Positions 13,901 through 25,665 of a DNA stretch of 64,000 nt are shown in pieces (within the stretch, counting starts at the first letter, position 1; each line of letters opens with the position of its first letter). The notes below the pieces were generated by a model, which did not search any database, was not told the origin of the DNA, and worked only from the letters and a program-made list of their open reading frames with translations. Origin of the DNA: Lama guanicoe (taxonomy: Eukaryota); contig MU056000.1 of assembly GCA_013239625.1 (NCBI GenBank), positions 10,427,175 through 10,491,174 of the forward strand, in the 5' to 3' direction. The position numbers were made by a program, and so were the translations under genes.

Positions 13901-16589
13901 CTCTCATCTTGAAGTTTTTAAGAGGGTGATTTTACCGTGTGATGTGTCTTCCCCCCTCTGCTAGCTCAGACTAATCAAGATTAAATGGCCTTTTCCGTCT
14001 TTAGCTCAGGCCTAGCTTCCCCTTCCGAGGCCTACTCAGTGGATCTTGATCTACCCCCTCTGCTTTGGGAGAAAGTCTGTGGGCCGCACACAGGTGGCGG
14101 GGGCAGCACAGAACCCCAGGGCAGTCCAGACGTGGGTAGAGAGGAAGGGCCACGTGCTGGAGTGGCGCTGGGAGTAAACTGGGAGGAAGTGGACCAAGCC
14201 CCTGTGGCCGGCTGCTGGTGGGATGGGCAGGTGGGGAGGGCGGGCTCTCTGGACTCAGAGCATCACCGTGTTCCCATCCCAGAGGCCACTCGCCTCCACG
14301 AGGCACCGGGGAGAAGTGCTGTCGGCTTCATCACTCGGTTTCCGGCTCTTCAGCGTCTTTTAAGTTTTGTTTTCAGGTTTTTTTTTTTCTTTTTGGTTTC
14401 CTGTTTTAATGTTTGAATTATTTCAGTTTTGGTAAATTTTAGAGAACGGAAAAAATTCTAAGTAGAGTTTTACCACAAAAACACAGTGGCTTTTTTTTTC
14501 CCAGTTGTAGTCAGTGGTCCCACCTGCCGTGTACAGTCCAGGTGGTCACATAGGTGATTCCAGGGTCAGGTCGCTGCGCTGCCAGCTTCAGGGACATGTG
14601 AGCTCCTCAAGTGTTACGTCTGATTGTACAGGTTGGGGCCTTGGCAGGCTTCACTGCTGATGACCGGAGGGTGCAGGAGACCCAGTTAATCCACTTCCCA
14701 GTGCCACAGAAATGCCCTGGGCCCATCTAGTGCCTCATTGCACCCACCAGTCAAGTGGGCCAGTCCCAAACTATTAAAAAGAAATTTCATTTTTGTGTTT
14801 TGACAAGCATGAAAGAGGATCAAACCTGTAATTCCTGGCAATGCTTGTTTTCTGCCTCTTCATTGCCCCCCCCCCACTCTCTTGCTCTTGTTCTCGCTCC
14901 TGTTTACTCTCCAGGGACCGAATCCCTGCTGGTGGAGTCTCCCCTCCTGTCCTGTTAGCCCAGTGGGCACTCCCAGGCCCGCTCCCTGGTGGGCAGAGCA
15001 AAGTCGGGTGGGCAGTGGTGGCCACTCCTTGGAAGGCTGGCTGAGGATGGGACCCGTGAAGACGCTGACATGGAAGATTTTATTCCCTCCCAGCTGCTTC
15101 TGGGGAAATGAGATTTGACTCAGGAGATCATCAGAACTGCAGCCACGAGAGTCTTGCTCGGCGCCTCACTTTGGTGCTCTCCTCTGTGTCTGTTGTTCTG
15201 AGTTGTAATCCAGTTATTGACACACCCAGGAGACCTTTTCACAATTCCCTTTTTAAAGTCTGAATTTCACTTGCTGCAGCAGAGCTGATGTGCGATTCAC
15301 GCCACTCCAAGGCAGGACAGGCGAGTGAGGCGAAGTGGCTCCCGTGTCACGTGCCCGTGCCTGAGCACTGGCTCTGAGGTTTATTTAATCTTGCTCTCCC
15401 TCGCGCTGTTCTGGGCTGCGCAGTAAGGGTGATGAGATAATGGTGGACCTGGGCTGGGCACTTGCCGTGGGCCCGATGGCGAGCTCCCACTTCCCCAGCG
15501 TTTCCTGCAACTGTCACAGCAGAGGCAGATGCTGCAGTGACTCCGTGTCACTAGGGGAACCACAGTGAGAGGAGTCCTCCCCGTTTACCCAGTGCTGGGC
15601 CGCACACTTCCCTCTGCGGTTAAGGAACAGAAGCCTGGGGTGGTGGGGTCGCCCACCCCGTGTATACAGTACACACGCAGGGGCGGACGCGCCCAGGCCT
15701 CCTCACACCACAACAGCGTTTGCAGGAGCCCAGCAGACAATTCCCATAAAACACTTAGCACAGGGTCTGGCACAGAGCAAAAGCTCAAATCGTAGCTCCT
15801 TTAATGATCAGTGAGGTCATGCTTTTTCCTACTGAAACATTGTGCTTCCTCTCCTGTGACTTAGAAGCCCCACTCCTGGCCATGTGTTCATGCTAGATTA
15901 CACGAGCACCACGGGCTTGTCTGTGAGCCCGCTCTCGTGTGGCTTCCTGAGTCCTGCCTCCAGGAGGCTCCCCGGTACCCACCCCTGCCCCGGCCACATG
16001 CTCCCTGGCCCGTCTCGGCTTGAGATACTTGACCGATACCCGTGGGAGTGTTGAGTGGAGGGAGTTAGTCTAGGTCTGCGTGGGGAGGGGGTGGTGAGCC
16101 CTCACATGTCATTTTCTGATAAGTGATTCTATCTCCCTTCCTTGGGTTGGAGGCGGGGTTTAACTTCAAGGGCAATAGGCTAGGGAAGTGTGTGCGTGTG
16201 TGTGTGCATGTGTAGGAGTTAGGAGACCAAAATCTGCAGTGGGTCCCCGTGGAAGCCCCAGGCAGCTGCCAAGAGGCCTCATGCTCAGAAGAAGGCCCCA
16301 TTTCAGGGATCTCAAATCAAATGCCCAAGGGGCTGGGCAGTATCTTTTAAGAAAGCAGCATGTTGGTTGGAGTCTGTGACAAGTGAGAGCAGGGCCCCCC
16401 AGAAGGGCAGCCGCCTGTCCCTGTCACGGCAAGCCCTCCAAATCTGCACAAAAATGAGGGCAGCGCAGCGGGAAGCAGGCAGATGTTCTGAAAGGCTCTT
16501 CACAGAAGAAGAGATGTGGACGTGTTACCACAGCGAGAAGCCACGACCTGGACTGGGGTTTCGGAAAACAGAGGCTCCAGCGCACATGG

Positions 16590-16950
16590 CAGGAATGTTG
16601 ACTGACAGCTTGCTTTTGGAAGGCACTTTGGCAATATCTGTCACAACTGGAAATGTGCACATGCTTTGACCCAGAGTTTCCTCTTCTAGAAATCATGCTA
16701 AGTGTGAAAGCTACCGTGAGTCCACAAGGACTGTTGGAGGAGAATGTCGGTCTCAGCAATGTTTGTAAGAGTGAAAAACGGGAAACGACCCAAATGCTTT
16801 ATGTCCTATGTGATGATCTATTTTTATACTGAAATATTATACATCTGTTAAAAAGAATAATGTAGATCTAATGTAATGACATGGAAAGGTGTCCAATTTG
16901 TGTGAAGAGAAAACACAAACTGTAAAATGCTGTGTAATATAGTCCATTTC
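16590..16950 (+). mobile_element. Old L1 (L1ME-like) 3' fragment
   Basis: CTTTTGGAAGGCACTTTGGCAATATCT...TTTGACCCAG...AAAAGAATAATGTAGATCTA...ACATGGAAAG, typical of L1 3' ends. Confidence 0.6.
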
Positions 16951-18325
16951 CTAGCTTTGAAAATTCAGGGTTTTCAAAGTTAGGAAATCAGTCTCAATTA
17001 ATAAAAGTCTAAATTAGAAGTGTAAAGGCATGATAGCTTACATTTTTCAACAGTTCATTTACAAATGTCTCCTAAATACCTAGGTAGGAGTAAATGTGTA
17101 ATTGCTAATCATTTGTCCTAAACAGGTAAGCGCCTGCTTTTGAAAATGTCCTTTTAAGTAACTGTAAATATGTATATTTTTATTTGCTGGTAACTTTATT
17201 TGCTGGTAAGTTCTTTCTCAATGGAGAGTATATCTGTTTCTTTCTTGAGAATGTATATCAACTTTATTGAGATATGCATGTCAAATATCCATCCGATCAA
17301 AAATGCTCAAATGGTAGCTTCCGAATCCGTGAGGCTTTCACTGCAGTTAATTACTGGAATTTTACTAAACCGTGGGCCGCGGAGGGGAGGGAACTGTTTC
17401 GCAATGAACCCTAGGAGGTTTGGCCACTGTTCAGGAGTTCTCTTCCTCATTTGTACATCAGCGCTTTTACATGCTAAACGTAGTATCATTCGGACCCTTC
17501 CGCACATAGTAAAATATTGCAAGTGTGCAGTTTGCCCTGTCCCTCCTGCACTTTCTCTGTTGTCACATCGGGAGTCACAGTGTGCCTGTAAGGAGCACAC
17601 CTAGCTCTGCCCACGACTCTGCTACGTGGCCCACTTTTTGGGATCGCTGTCTCTGTGCCTGCTGTCTGAGTCTCGTCCTCTGTGTTAAGGTGACACCACA
17701 TGTCATGGCCCATAATGACAGAAGAATAGCAATGTGGGCAGAAGTGGGTGGCGGCCGAGTGGAGGCCCCCTGGTGTGGTGGACTCTTGCAGGCTGGGTGC
17801 CAGGCAGAATCCTTGATCATGCCTGGATTTAACAGATTTTCTACACAATGCAAGGTGTATGGGGCTGGTTCTTAAATAATTTCATTCTGTCTTCCCCTAG
17901 TGAGATCAGTATTTTTACTCTCATATTAATCAAGACAGTTCAGGGTAAAAGAAGTTAGGTGTCCCACAGTCACTTCTGCATAAGGAAAAATGGGTTTTAA
18001 ATTTGGGTCTGAGGGATGCTGAAACCCATGCTCTTTATGTCCCCTATTCCTCTTGAGTTTTGAGGAATAAAGATACCCTTATATATGACACTGATTATAA
18101 GACAAGTAGGCATTTCCTTAATTTTTAGACTGAATTTTTGAATGCTTTAAAATACTATTGATACTATATATTAATATTATGATAATATAATGATTATATA
18201 AGTCAATGATAGATATTTTGCAGGTAAAAATTATCCAATGTGTCTTGTTTTTCCCTATAAACAAAGCAGACTTGTGTAATTGTTATGTGCTTTTCATTAT
18301 TATTATTATTATTAAATTTTTGTAG

Positions 18326-18485
18326 GAAATGACCAAGTTCACTCCTGGACACTAGTCACCAGCCAAGCCTTAGATGCCGCGTGGAGGGTAGCAAAGGGCT
18401 CCGTGACGCTGGCCGTCTCCCTGCTGGCGGCCGCCCTCTGCTACTTCAGAAGGCTGCATTTATATTTAGGGCGCCGGCTGAAATG
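18326..18485 (+). CDS. OTULINL: OTULINL coding exon 2 (hydrophobic membrane-association segment)
   Basis: TTTTTGTAG acceptor; encodes (G)NDQVHSWTLVTSQALDAAWRVAKGSVTLAVSLLAAALCYFRRLHLYLGRRLK(W); donor TG|GTACG. Confidence 0.96.
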
Positions 18486-18572
18486 GTACGTGCTCATATC
18501 CTCTTTAAATTTCACAAATACCCTTGCTATTCAAAACAGAATTTTGACATTATCGTTCCCTTTATCTTTCAG

Positions 18573-18604
18573 GTGGATTGGATATCTGCAGAGAAAATTC
18601 AAAA
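18573..18604 (+). CDS. OTULINL: OTULINL coding exon 3 (32 nt)
   Basis: TCTTTCAG acceptor; encodes (W)WIGYLQRKFK(R); donor AA|GTAAAT; phases match exons 2 and 4. Confidence 0.95.
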
Positions 18605-18711
18605 GTAAATATTCTCAGGCCTACGTTTCCTTATTTTTAAGGTGCAGAGAGGGTTTGGGAAGGGAGAGGAAAGGGGAAAGTTCACCACCTTGTATTTTTG
18701 ATTTGGTTCAG

Positions 18712-18803
18712 GGAACCTCAGCGTGGAGGCGGAAGTTGATTTACTCAGTTATTGTGCAAGAGAATGGAAAGGAGAGACGCCCCGTGCCAGGCTGATGAGG
18801 AAG
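18712..18803 (+). CDS. OTULINL: OTULINL coding exon 4
   Basis: TTCAG acceptor; encodes (R)NLSVEAEVDLLSYCAREWKGETPRARLMRK; donor AAG|GTGTGT. Confidence 0.95.
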
Positions 18804-19553
18804 GTGTGTCTGTTTACACAGCTCGTGGAGGATGGAGAGTTTTGTGTGTAAAACCCAGGAAACACGCATTCCACTGCGTTTTACCCAAGATCAGCTAGTA
18901 CCACGTGTGGCGCCAGGAACAACAGTGGCTTCTAATCAAAACTAAACAGCTGCTAGAAGTGGCCTTCGGGCCTCTCCCCTGAGCCAGTGCCTTCGAGGAC
19001 TCGGGTAGATTAGGTCTGTGATTTCAGGACACTTGAGCGTTGTGCTCTATTCAGCTCTCCCCCGGCCAGGCCTTTTAAACATCTGCACATGCAGTGGAGA
19101 CTTTGGCCCTGGAAGGGCTCAGGCACCTTGACATGAGATGTTTTGAGGACTTTAGAACTTCCCATTGGACCAGTCTTGGTAAATATTCCCAGCAGTGCTG
19201 TCCAACCTTGTCACTGGCAAAAGCCAAAACAAAACAAAACATTGTTTAAATGATTCTTTAGCATGGTCTTAAAAGTATATCCTAGTATTCTTCACTGCCA
19301 TCATCTCCCCAAAATGACATTCCCTAACTCTGTTCTTCCAGGGATTTATTAACTGAAACAGCATGACACGGACTCTATTTGCACAAAAGTCACTTTAAAG
19401 TTGCACGCGGTCACGTTCATAATTTATACTTGTTTTGTTTCTGCTGTCCACTTTACTTGGCAGAAAGACCTTGCTGAAATTGCAGTGAATTCACTTTCTC
19501 TGGTCTCTTATCCAGTGGTATGAAAAACAACCTTTTCTTTTTTGTGCCAATAG

Positions 19554-19703
19554 GCGTACGAGGAGCTGTTCTGGCGGCGGCGGATTAAATGTGTTCGCCA
19601 AGTCAGAAGAGACAACTACGATGCGCTAAGGTCGGTGTTATTTCAGATCTTCAGCCAGGGCCTCTCTTTTCCATCCTGGATGAAAGAAAAGGACATTGTG
19701 AAG
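19554..19703 (+). CDS. OTULINL: OTULINL coding exon 5 (degenerate OTU Cys-box RRDNYDALR)
   Basis: AATAG acceptor after a pyrimidine tract; encodes AYEELFWRRRIKCVRQVRRDNYDALRSVLFQIFSQGLSFPSWMKEKDIVK; donor AAG|GTACGT. Confidence 0.97.
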
Positions 19704-20009
19704 GTACGTCCTCACACAGAAACTTGGGAGAAACTTGCCCACGGATGGGCACCGCAGCCCAGATGCTCCGGTCTTCTGTGGGTGGCTCGGTGCACAGGGC
19801 GCCTTGAGACTGAAGGTGCTTTAGCCCAGTCCTCTGTCTCTCGTGTTGGTTTGCAAATAAGTCATCTCAGAAAGATAGCTGCACTCAGTTTTGTTTGTTG
19901 TTAATGCTGGCATTTTTTTCTTGAGAAGGGCATCTGTCCTTTGTAAGTAAGGTTGTCTACTGAAATTTACCTTCCTACCATGTGGTTACCTGAGTGTTGA
20001 CAAATGCAC

Positions 20010-20825
20010 ACAGTATAACCCCCACCCCAGAGATGCCCTCGAACCCCTTCACTGTCTGTGCTCCTCTCACCCCCAGCCCCGGGCAGCCACTGACATGTCT
20101 TCTGTCCCCCTAGTTTTGCCTTTTCCAGCCTGTCGTCTAAATGCAGTTATCCAGTGTGTGGCCTTTTGAATCTGCCTTTCAGTTAGCAAAACGCATTCAC
20201 AGCTCATCCGTGTTGTTCTGTGAATTTGTACTTCAGTCTTTATGTTGTTGAGTGGTGTTCCTTGGTATGAATATAGCACATTTTGTTTACCCATTTGAAA
20301 GACGTCTGGATTGCTTCCAGTTTTTGATAGTAATGGATGAGGCTGTTATAAATATTCCCATTCAGGACTTGTATGAACATAAGTTTTCATTCCTTTTGGG
20401 TAAATAACTGCTAGATTATATGATAGGTTTATGTTTAATTTTTAAGAACCTGCCAAACAGTTTTCCAAAGTGGCTCTGGCATTCTGCATTCCCACCAATA
20501 ATGTCTGCGTTCCAGTTGCTCCGCATCCTAGGGTTTTTGTTTGTTTTTTTAGCCATTCTAATAGGGGTGCATTTGTCTCACTGTGCTTTCAGTTTATGTT
20601 TCCCTAATGGGTAACAATGCTGAGCATCTTTCCATGTGCTTATTTGCCATCCATGTTATCTTCCTGGAGAAGTCTCTGTTCAAATCTTTTTACCATTTTT
20701 ATTGGGTTCTTTTTTTTTTATTGATTGTTTTGAGAGAGTTATTCTGAATACAAATGCTTTATCAGATAAGTCATTTGCAAACATTTTCTCCCAGTCTGTG
20801 CCTTGTTTTTTCATTTTCTTAATAA
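20010..20825 (-). mobile_element. L1 (L1M) 3' region, antisense in OTULINL intron 5
   Basis: TTTTCCAAAGTGG...CATTCCCACCA...GAGCATCTTTCCATGTGCTTATTTGCCATC...TTTGCAAACATTTTCTCCCAGTCTGTG is the reverse L1 ORF2 end / 3'UTR. Confidence 0.8.
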
Positions 20826-21249
20826 GGCAGCACATTAAAAAATTTCTTTTTATTGAACTCTAGTTGGTTTACAATGTTGTGGTAATTTCTGATGTACAGC
20901 TAGGCAGTATATTTTTGATTTGTGACCTTAATTTTTATTCGAATGTAGTATGCCTAACCACAGATGTACACTTAAGGATGGAGGAGCAAAGAAATATCAA
21001 GTATATGCACACATATATATGTATATATATAACTACACACGTTCTAATTCCTTGGTATCTTTTACTTAGAATTGTTTCTATTGGTAGTTTAGTTTCATCT
21101 AGCAATTGTCAAGTGTATGCTGTGTGCCAGCCCTGCTGCTGGTTGCTGAGGACAGACAGTGCTACAGAGGCCCTGGGCTCCACAGGCTTGGCCAGGTGGG
21201 GAAATGCATCAGATGCCCACGGCGGATCAGATTCTCATGTATTCCATGA

Positions 21250-21410
21250 TTGTATTTAATCCCAGCAAGAGTCCTGCACAGTGGATAGCACTGTCCTTGA
21301 TTTACAGTGGAGGATGAGGCTGAGGGGTTAAGTAACCTGTGCTGGGTGAGTAACTCTCAGCAGGGCAGTGACAGAGCTAGGTTTGAACCCCAAAGTGTAC
21401 CCTTCTAAAA
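21250..21410 (-). mobile_element. MIR SINE
   Basis: ATTTAATCC...TTTACAGTGGAGGATGAGGCTGAGGGGTTAAGTAACCTG...GGTTTGAACCC MIR core. Confidence 0.6.
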
Positions 21411-21799
21411 CCCACGTGTTCCCCAATGTACTATGTTACTGTAACACACTGTACTGTATGTACTGTATGTTACTGTAATGCTGTTGGGTTAAAAACAATT
21501 TCTAAAGAGATATATCTAGGAAGTCTGGGAAGTGTTTTATTCAAAAAGATAAATTGTTTTTGTAGACATAATTTTTATTTAGGTTTTCCTCAGTTGTGAA
21601 ATTGTGAATTAAGAGGATGATCCAAATCACTTAATCCAGAAATCTAAAAAAGGACTACATGTTGTTACTTAACTGCTGTTACAGTCTTTTAAAGTGAAGA
21701 GTGCTGAATGAGATAAGATTATCTGCTGTGACATATTCCAGGCTGTGTGTAAGACATGTTGAGACACTGATCACTGTTGGCATCTACTTCCTTTTCAAG

Positions 21800-21928
21800 C
21801 TTCCTGAAAAACTGCTCTTTTCACAAGGTTGTAATTGGATCCAGCAATACAGTTTTGGTCCTGAGAAGTATACAGGTTCAAATGTGTTTGGAAAATTACG
21901 CAAATGTGTGGAATTACTGAAAACACAG
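21800..21928 (+). CDS. OTULINL: OTULINL coding exon 6
   Basis: CTTTTCAAG acceptor; encodes LPEKLLFSQGCNWIQQYSFGPEKYTGSNVFGKLRKCVELLKTQ; donor CAG|GTGAGT. Confidence 0.97.
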
Positions 21929-22836
21929 GTGAGTGTCTGGGGGGGAAAGACTAGGCATGAAATCACGCATCCAATGCGTAACTGCCGCCTCTCCTGTCAG
22001 GCCTGTCACTTCCTGTTCTGTAAGGAGGAAGTTTGGGCAGAAACACTCTTCCAGGAACCGACAGTCTCCTTTCCTATCCCTTCTCCTTCCAAGTCATGAA
22101 CAAGAGCCATGTTCTACGTGATTGTTAGGCCTGTTAATGGGTTAAGGGGGCTTTTGTGGGCTGGCCGGGAAACCTTGACAATCACGTACCTGTGTTTCCC
22201 TAGAAAAATACGGTGCGGGATCCAGACAGGTCACTCAGAAATGCTTTTCTGGGCTGTTAGTAACTCGGGGACAGCTCACATGTTATGATTTGACTAAGAG
22301 TTTTTCCTGCCTTTTAGTAAAGACATAGGTTTTAGATTGTTGAAATGAACCTTCCTTGGGAAAGAGTACAACATTTTCCTGCCATGTCTTTCTGATCTGT
22401 AACACTGGAATTCAAATAGTATTTGGCCGGTACCGTTATTGTGAGGACTCAGTGAGCGAACACAGGTAGAGCACTTTAAACTGTGCCCTGGCACAGTGGG
22501 TGGTGAAGAACACCAGTAAGCACTGTTTGTCTCTGGAGCATCCCTTGTGTAACCCAGCCACCCGAGAGGTAGTTTTAGGAAACTGACTCGTTTAGTATTT
22601 TACCTTTATAGGTGGTGGTTTTTTGAAAAAAAAAATTTCATTCAAACTAGTTTGTTATTGTAAAAGTAATACTTCGGGTTAAAAAAAATCAATGTCTAAA
22701 GATATAAAATGAAAAGTTAAAGTTCCACTCCCCTCTGTTAATCTCTGGTTTGTTTTATAAGTGGTTTAAAAATTACACAGTGGTGTACGTATTCCCCTGA
22801 CCCTTCTGAGTGTCACTTCTACATCTATGTTTTTAG

Positions 22837-23106
22837 TGGACTGAATTCAGTGGGATTAAGGATTATCACAAGAGAGGGAGTATGTGCAACATCCTTTTCT
22901 CTGATGCTCTTCTGGAATATAAACTGTACGAAGCTCTGAAGTTCATCATGCTCTACCAAGTCACTGAGGTCTATGAACAAATGAAGACTAAGAAGGTCAT
23001 TCCCAGTCCTTTCCGGCTCCTGTTCACCAGGGAGACCTCCTCCGACCCTTTGAGCTTCATGATTAATCACCTGAATTCTGTAGGCGACACATGTGGACTT
23101 GAGCAG
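22837..23106 (+). CDS. OTULINL: OTULINL coding exon 7
   Basis: TTTTTAG acceptor; 90 codons, WTEFSGIKDYHKRGSMCNILFSD...HLNSVGDTCGLEQ; donor CAG|GTACAC. Confidence 0.97.
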
Positions 23107-23901
23107 GTACACGAGGCAGAAGATTCGTGTGTGTTTAGTGAAGGACGATGGTGGTAACACTTGAGCACAGAGGGGTGTGGGGCTAACATCCAGCAGTGAT
23201 AAATGCAGCTGCAGAGAGGTGGGGGCTGGGGATCGCTGGCCCTCCAGTGAGGAAGGGAAGCGTGCTAAGCCTTCAGGCCGTGCCGGTCGCTGCGTCATCG
23301 CAGCCCTGTGGCCGGTGAGCAGCAGTGCCCGAGCCTTTCTGACCTTCATGCTGCCTCTCAGGTGAGAACAGCTCCTCCCACAACAGGGGTTGCCCAGGAG
23401 AAGAAGGACCCACTCAGGTCGCCCAGTTGGAAAATGAGATAACATTTGGGAAAGCATGTGGTTACTTACTGCAGATAAATAGAAATCACTGAAATTTTAA
23501 AAATCCAGACAATGCTTTTGTGTCCCCACAGGAAAGGAGTTTTGTTTTACTTTGCTTTCCTAAGAGGTGCTCAGACTTATCTGACATTTCAGTAAACATT
23601 GATTTAAAACAAATAACTAGTTGGAAAAGAGTAATTTTTATTGTGAGCATTTATGTTTTATTAGTTTCTTTTTCAAATAGCTCTCCCTGTAGTTGCTTCA
23701 CACTCATGTCCAGAGGTGCCCCCCTGCTTGTGGCCGCCTTCCCTGGGGTGGATGCTGGCTCCCAGTTCTGTGCCCACCCCGTGGTTCACGTGTGGGTCTG
23801 TCAACAAGTCTGTGACCCAGCTGCAGAGGAACACTCTGTCTGCTGGTGGGAGGCAGCAATTTGGAAATGTATATTTGTGACCTCTTTCATCTCTTCCCCA
23901 G

Positions 23902-24075
23902 ATTGATATGTTTATACTTGGATACTGCCTTGAAGTGAAGATAAAAGTGTTCAGACTATTCAAGTTTAACTCCCGAGACTTTGAAGTCTGCTACCCAGAG
24001 GAGCCGCTCAGGGAGTGGCCGGAGATCTCCCTGCTGACCGAGAATGACCGCCACTACCACATTCCTGTCTTTTAA
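23902..24075 (+). CDS. OTULINL: OTULINL coding exon 8 (terminal, His-box NDRHYHIPVF-stop)
   Basis: CTCTTCCCCAG acceptor; encodes IDMFILGYCLEVKIKVFRLFKFNSRDFEVCYPEEPLREWPEISLLTENDRHYHIPVF then TAA. The eight exons sum to 1071 nt = 356 aa + stop. Confidence 0.97.
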   Translation: MDMFILGYCLEVKIKVFRLFKFNSRDFEVCYPEEPLREWPEISLLTENDRHYHIPVF

Positions 24076-24567
24076 GTCCGGCTGGACCAGGCACCAGCTC
24101 TCGCCAGTGACAGTGCTCACACGACATGTTTCTCAGAGACCAAAGCTAGTGCTGCTGCCGCTGAAGGAACAGGGAGCTTCCTCCCTGGGATTACAGGTAC
24201 ACTGGATGCAGACTCAAGTGCCTTCCCTTCGTCTTCCGTGATTTCCTCCAGAGCAGCTGCACTAATGTATTTGTGGGTTGCTGGTTTGACCTTGTTCCTC
24301 AGGGCCCTGGCCATTTCACACGCAGCAGGCCTTTAAGAGCACAAGAATGTTTATTTTGAACAGCAGGAAAAAAAGCGGGAAGAAAACAAGTAGGGGAAAA
24401 GGACTAAAGGGAAAGGAAGAATTTGTCTGTAACCTTTCTGTTCTTAAGAATCTTGTCTTTGGCTGATTTTGGATCTGCAAAACAAGGCCTTATTTTATAA
24501 AGCATTACCTTCCCAGGAGTCTTTATGGTATTTCGACTTTCCAGGATCATTTGATTAACTTTGAAAT

Positions 24568-24595
24568 TGTGTGTGTGTGTGTGTGTGTGTGTGTG
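24568..24595 (+). repeat. (TG)14 microsatellite in the OTULINL 3'UTR
   Basis: Read directly from the sequence. Confidence 0.95.
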
Positions 24596-24866
24596 GTTTA
24601 CACTCACACACATACAGGTATGGTTTTAGATATACATATAAACACATACACACATAGCCACTACTTTGTGAGGTTGTACAGTTTGTTTTATATCTCTTTA
24701 TGTTTTTTGCTCTGGCCTGTTTAATATTGCTTCTGGCCAGTCTAATAGGTTTTATATAAATTAAAAAGATACATTCTGTAGATTAAGGCAATTAAATGAC
24801 AATTACTGAACTGTCACAAAACTGTTAAACTGGCGTATTTAATGTGTATTTACATGTGTATTTAAC

Positions 24867-25428
24867 GTGTGGTAAGTAGACTCACACTCCCCACCCCACC
24901 CCCGCCAGATGTCTGCATCCTAACCCCCAGACCCGTGAATACTGTTGGGTTCAACGGCAAAGGCGAGTAAGGTTGCAGGTGGAATTAAGGTACTAATCCA
25001 TTGACCTTGAACTAGGGAGAGTAGTCTGCGTGCTCCAGGTGGGCCCAATGTAGTCACAGGGGTCCTTAAAGGTAGAGAGGCACTTGGGAGAGTGTCAGTC
25101 GGAGGGAAATGTGAGGTGGGGAAGAGCTGTCAGGTGCAGCAGCACTGGCTCTGTGACTGGCAGCAGGCACAGGAAGGAAGTTACTGCAGTTACAGGAAGG
25201 AGCCACGCGCCGGAGAGTGGGGGCGGCCCCCGGAAGCTGGAGAAGGCCGGGGAGCGGATCCCCCCCTGGAGCCTCCAGAAGGGGACGCGGCCTTGACAGC
25301 ACTTTGATCTCAGCCCTGTGGAACCCGTGTGGGACCTCTAGCCCTGCAGGACTGCAGGATCACACACGTGTGGCGTTCAGGCCACCAAGTCTGTGCTAAT
25401 GTGTTGCAACAACGATAGACAACTGATG
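24867..25428 (+). mobile_element. MaLR LTR (MLT1D-like)
   Basis: TGTGGTA start; GGTGGAATTAAGGT...GACCTTGA...GGTGGGCCCAATGTAGTCACAGGGGTCCTTAAA; CTGGAGCCTCCAGAAGG; GCCACCAAGTCTGTGCTAATGTGTTGCAACA end. Confidence 0.75.
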
Positions 25429-25659
25429 TCCTCAGGCTGACTGCCTTTTGGTCATCTTTATCTTGGACATGCTTCCCTAGTTTACTTCGGTAATCTTTAT
25501 TTTGGAGGTACTTTGCTAGTTTGTTTCAAATTTCAATGAACACAAAATAACTTGAAAAATCTTGGCTAATGACATACTACTTCAAAGTTATGAGCCCCTC
25601 CTAAGGATGGCAGCGTGTTTGATGCTAATGTTCTCTCACGTTTCCGCATTTTTACTATA

Positions 25660-25665
25660 AATAAA
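25660..25665 (+). terminator. Candidate OTULINL polyadenylation signal
   Basis: AATAAA after a U-rich stretch, followed about 20 nt later by GU-rich TGCTGTGGTGTATG. Other AATAAA at ~26258 and ~26462 are alternatives. Confidence 0.55.

Noticed and set aside
22825..23457. 210-aa antisense ORF over exon 7
   Set aside because: Antisense shadow of a coding exon plus GC-rich intron; no independent support.
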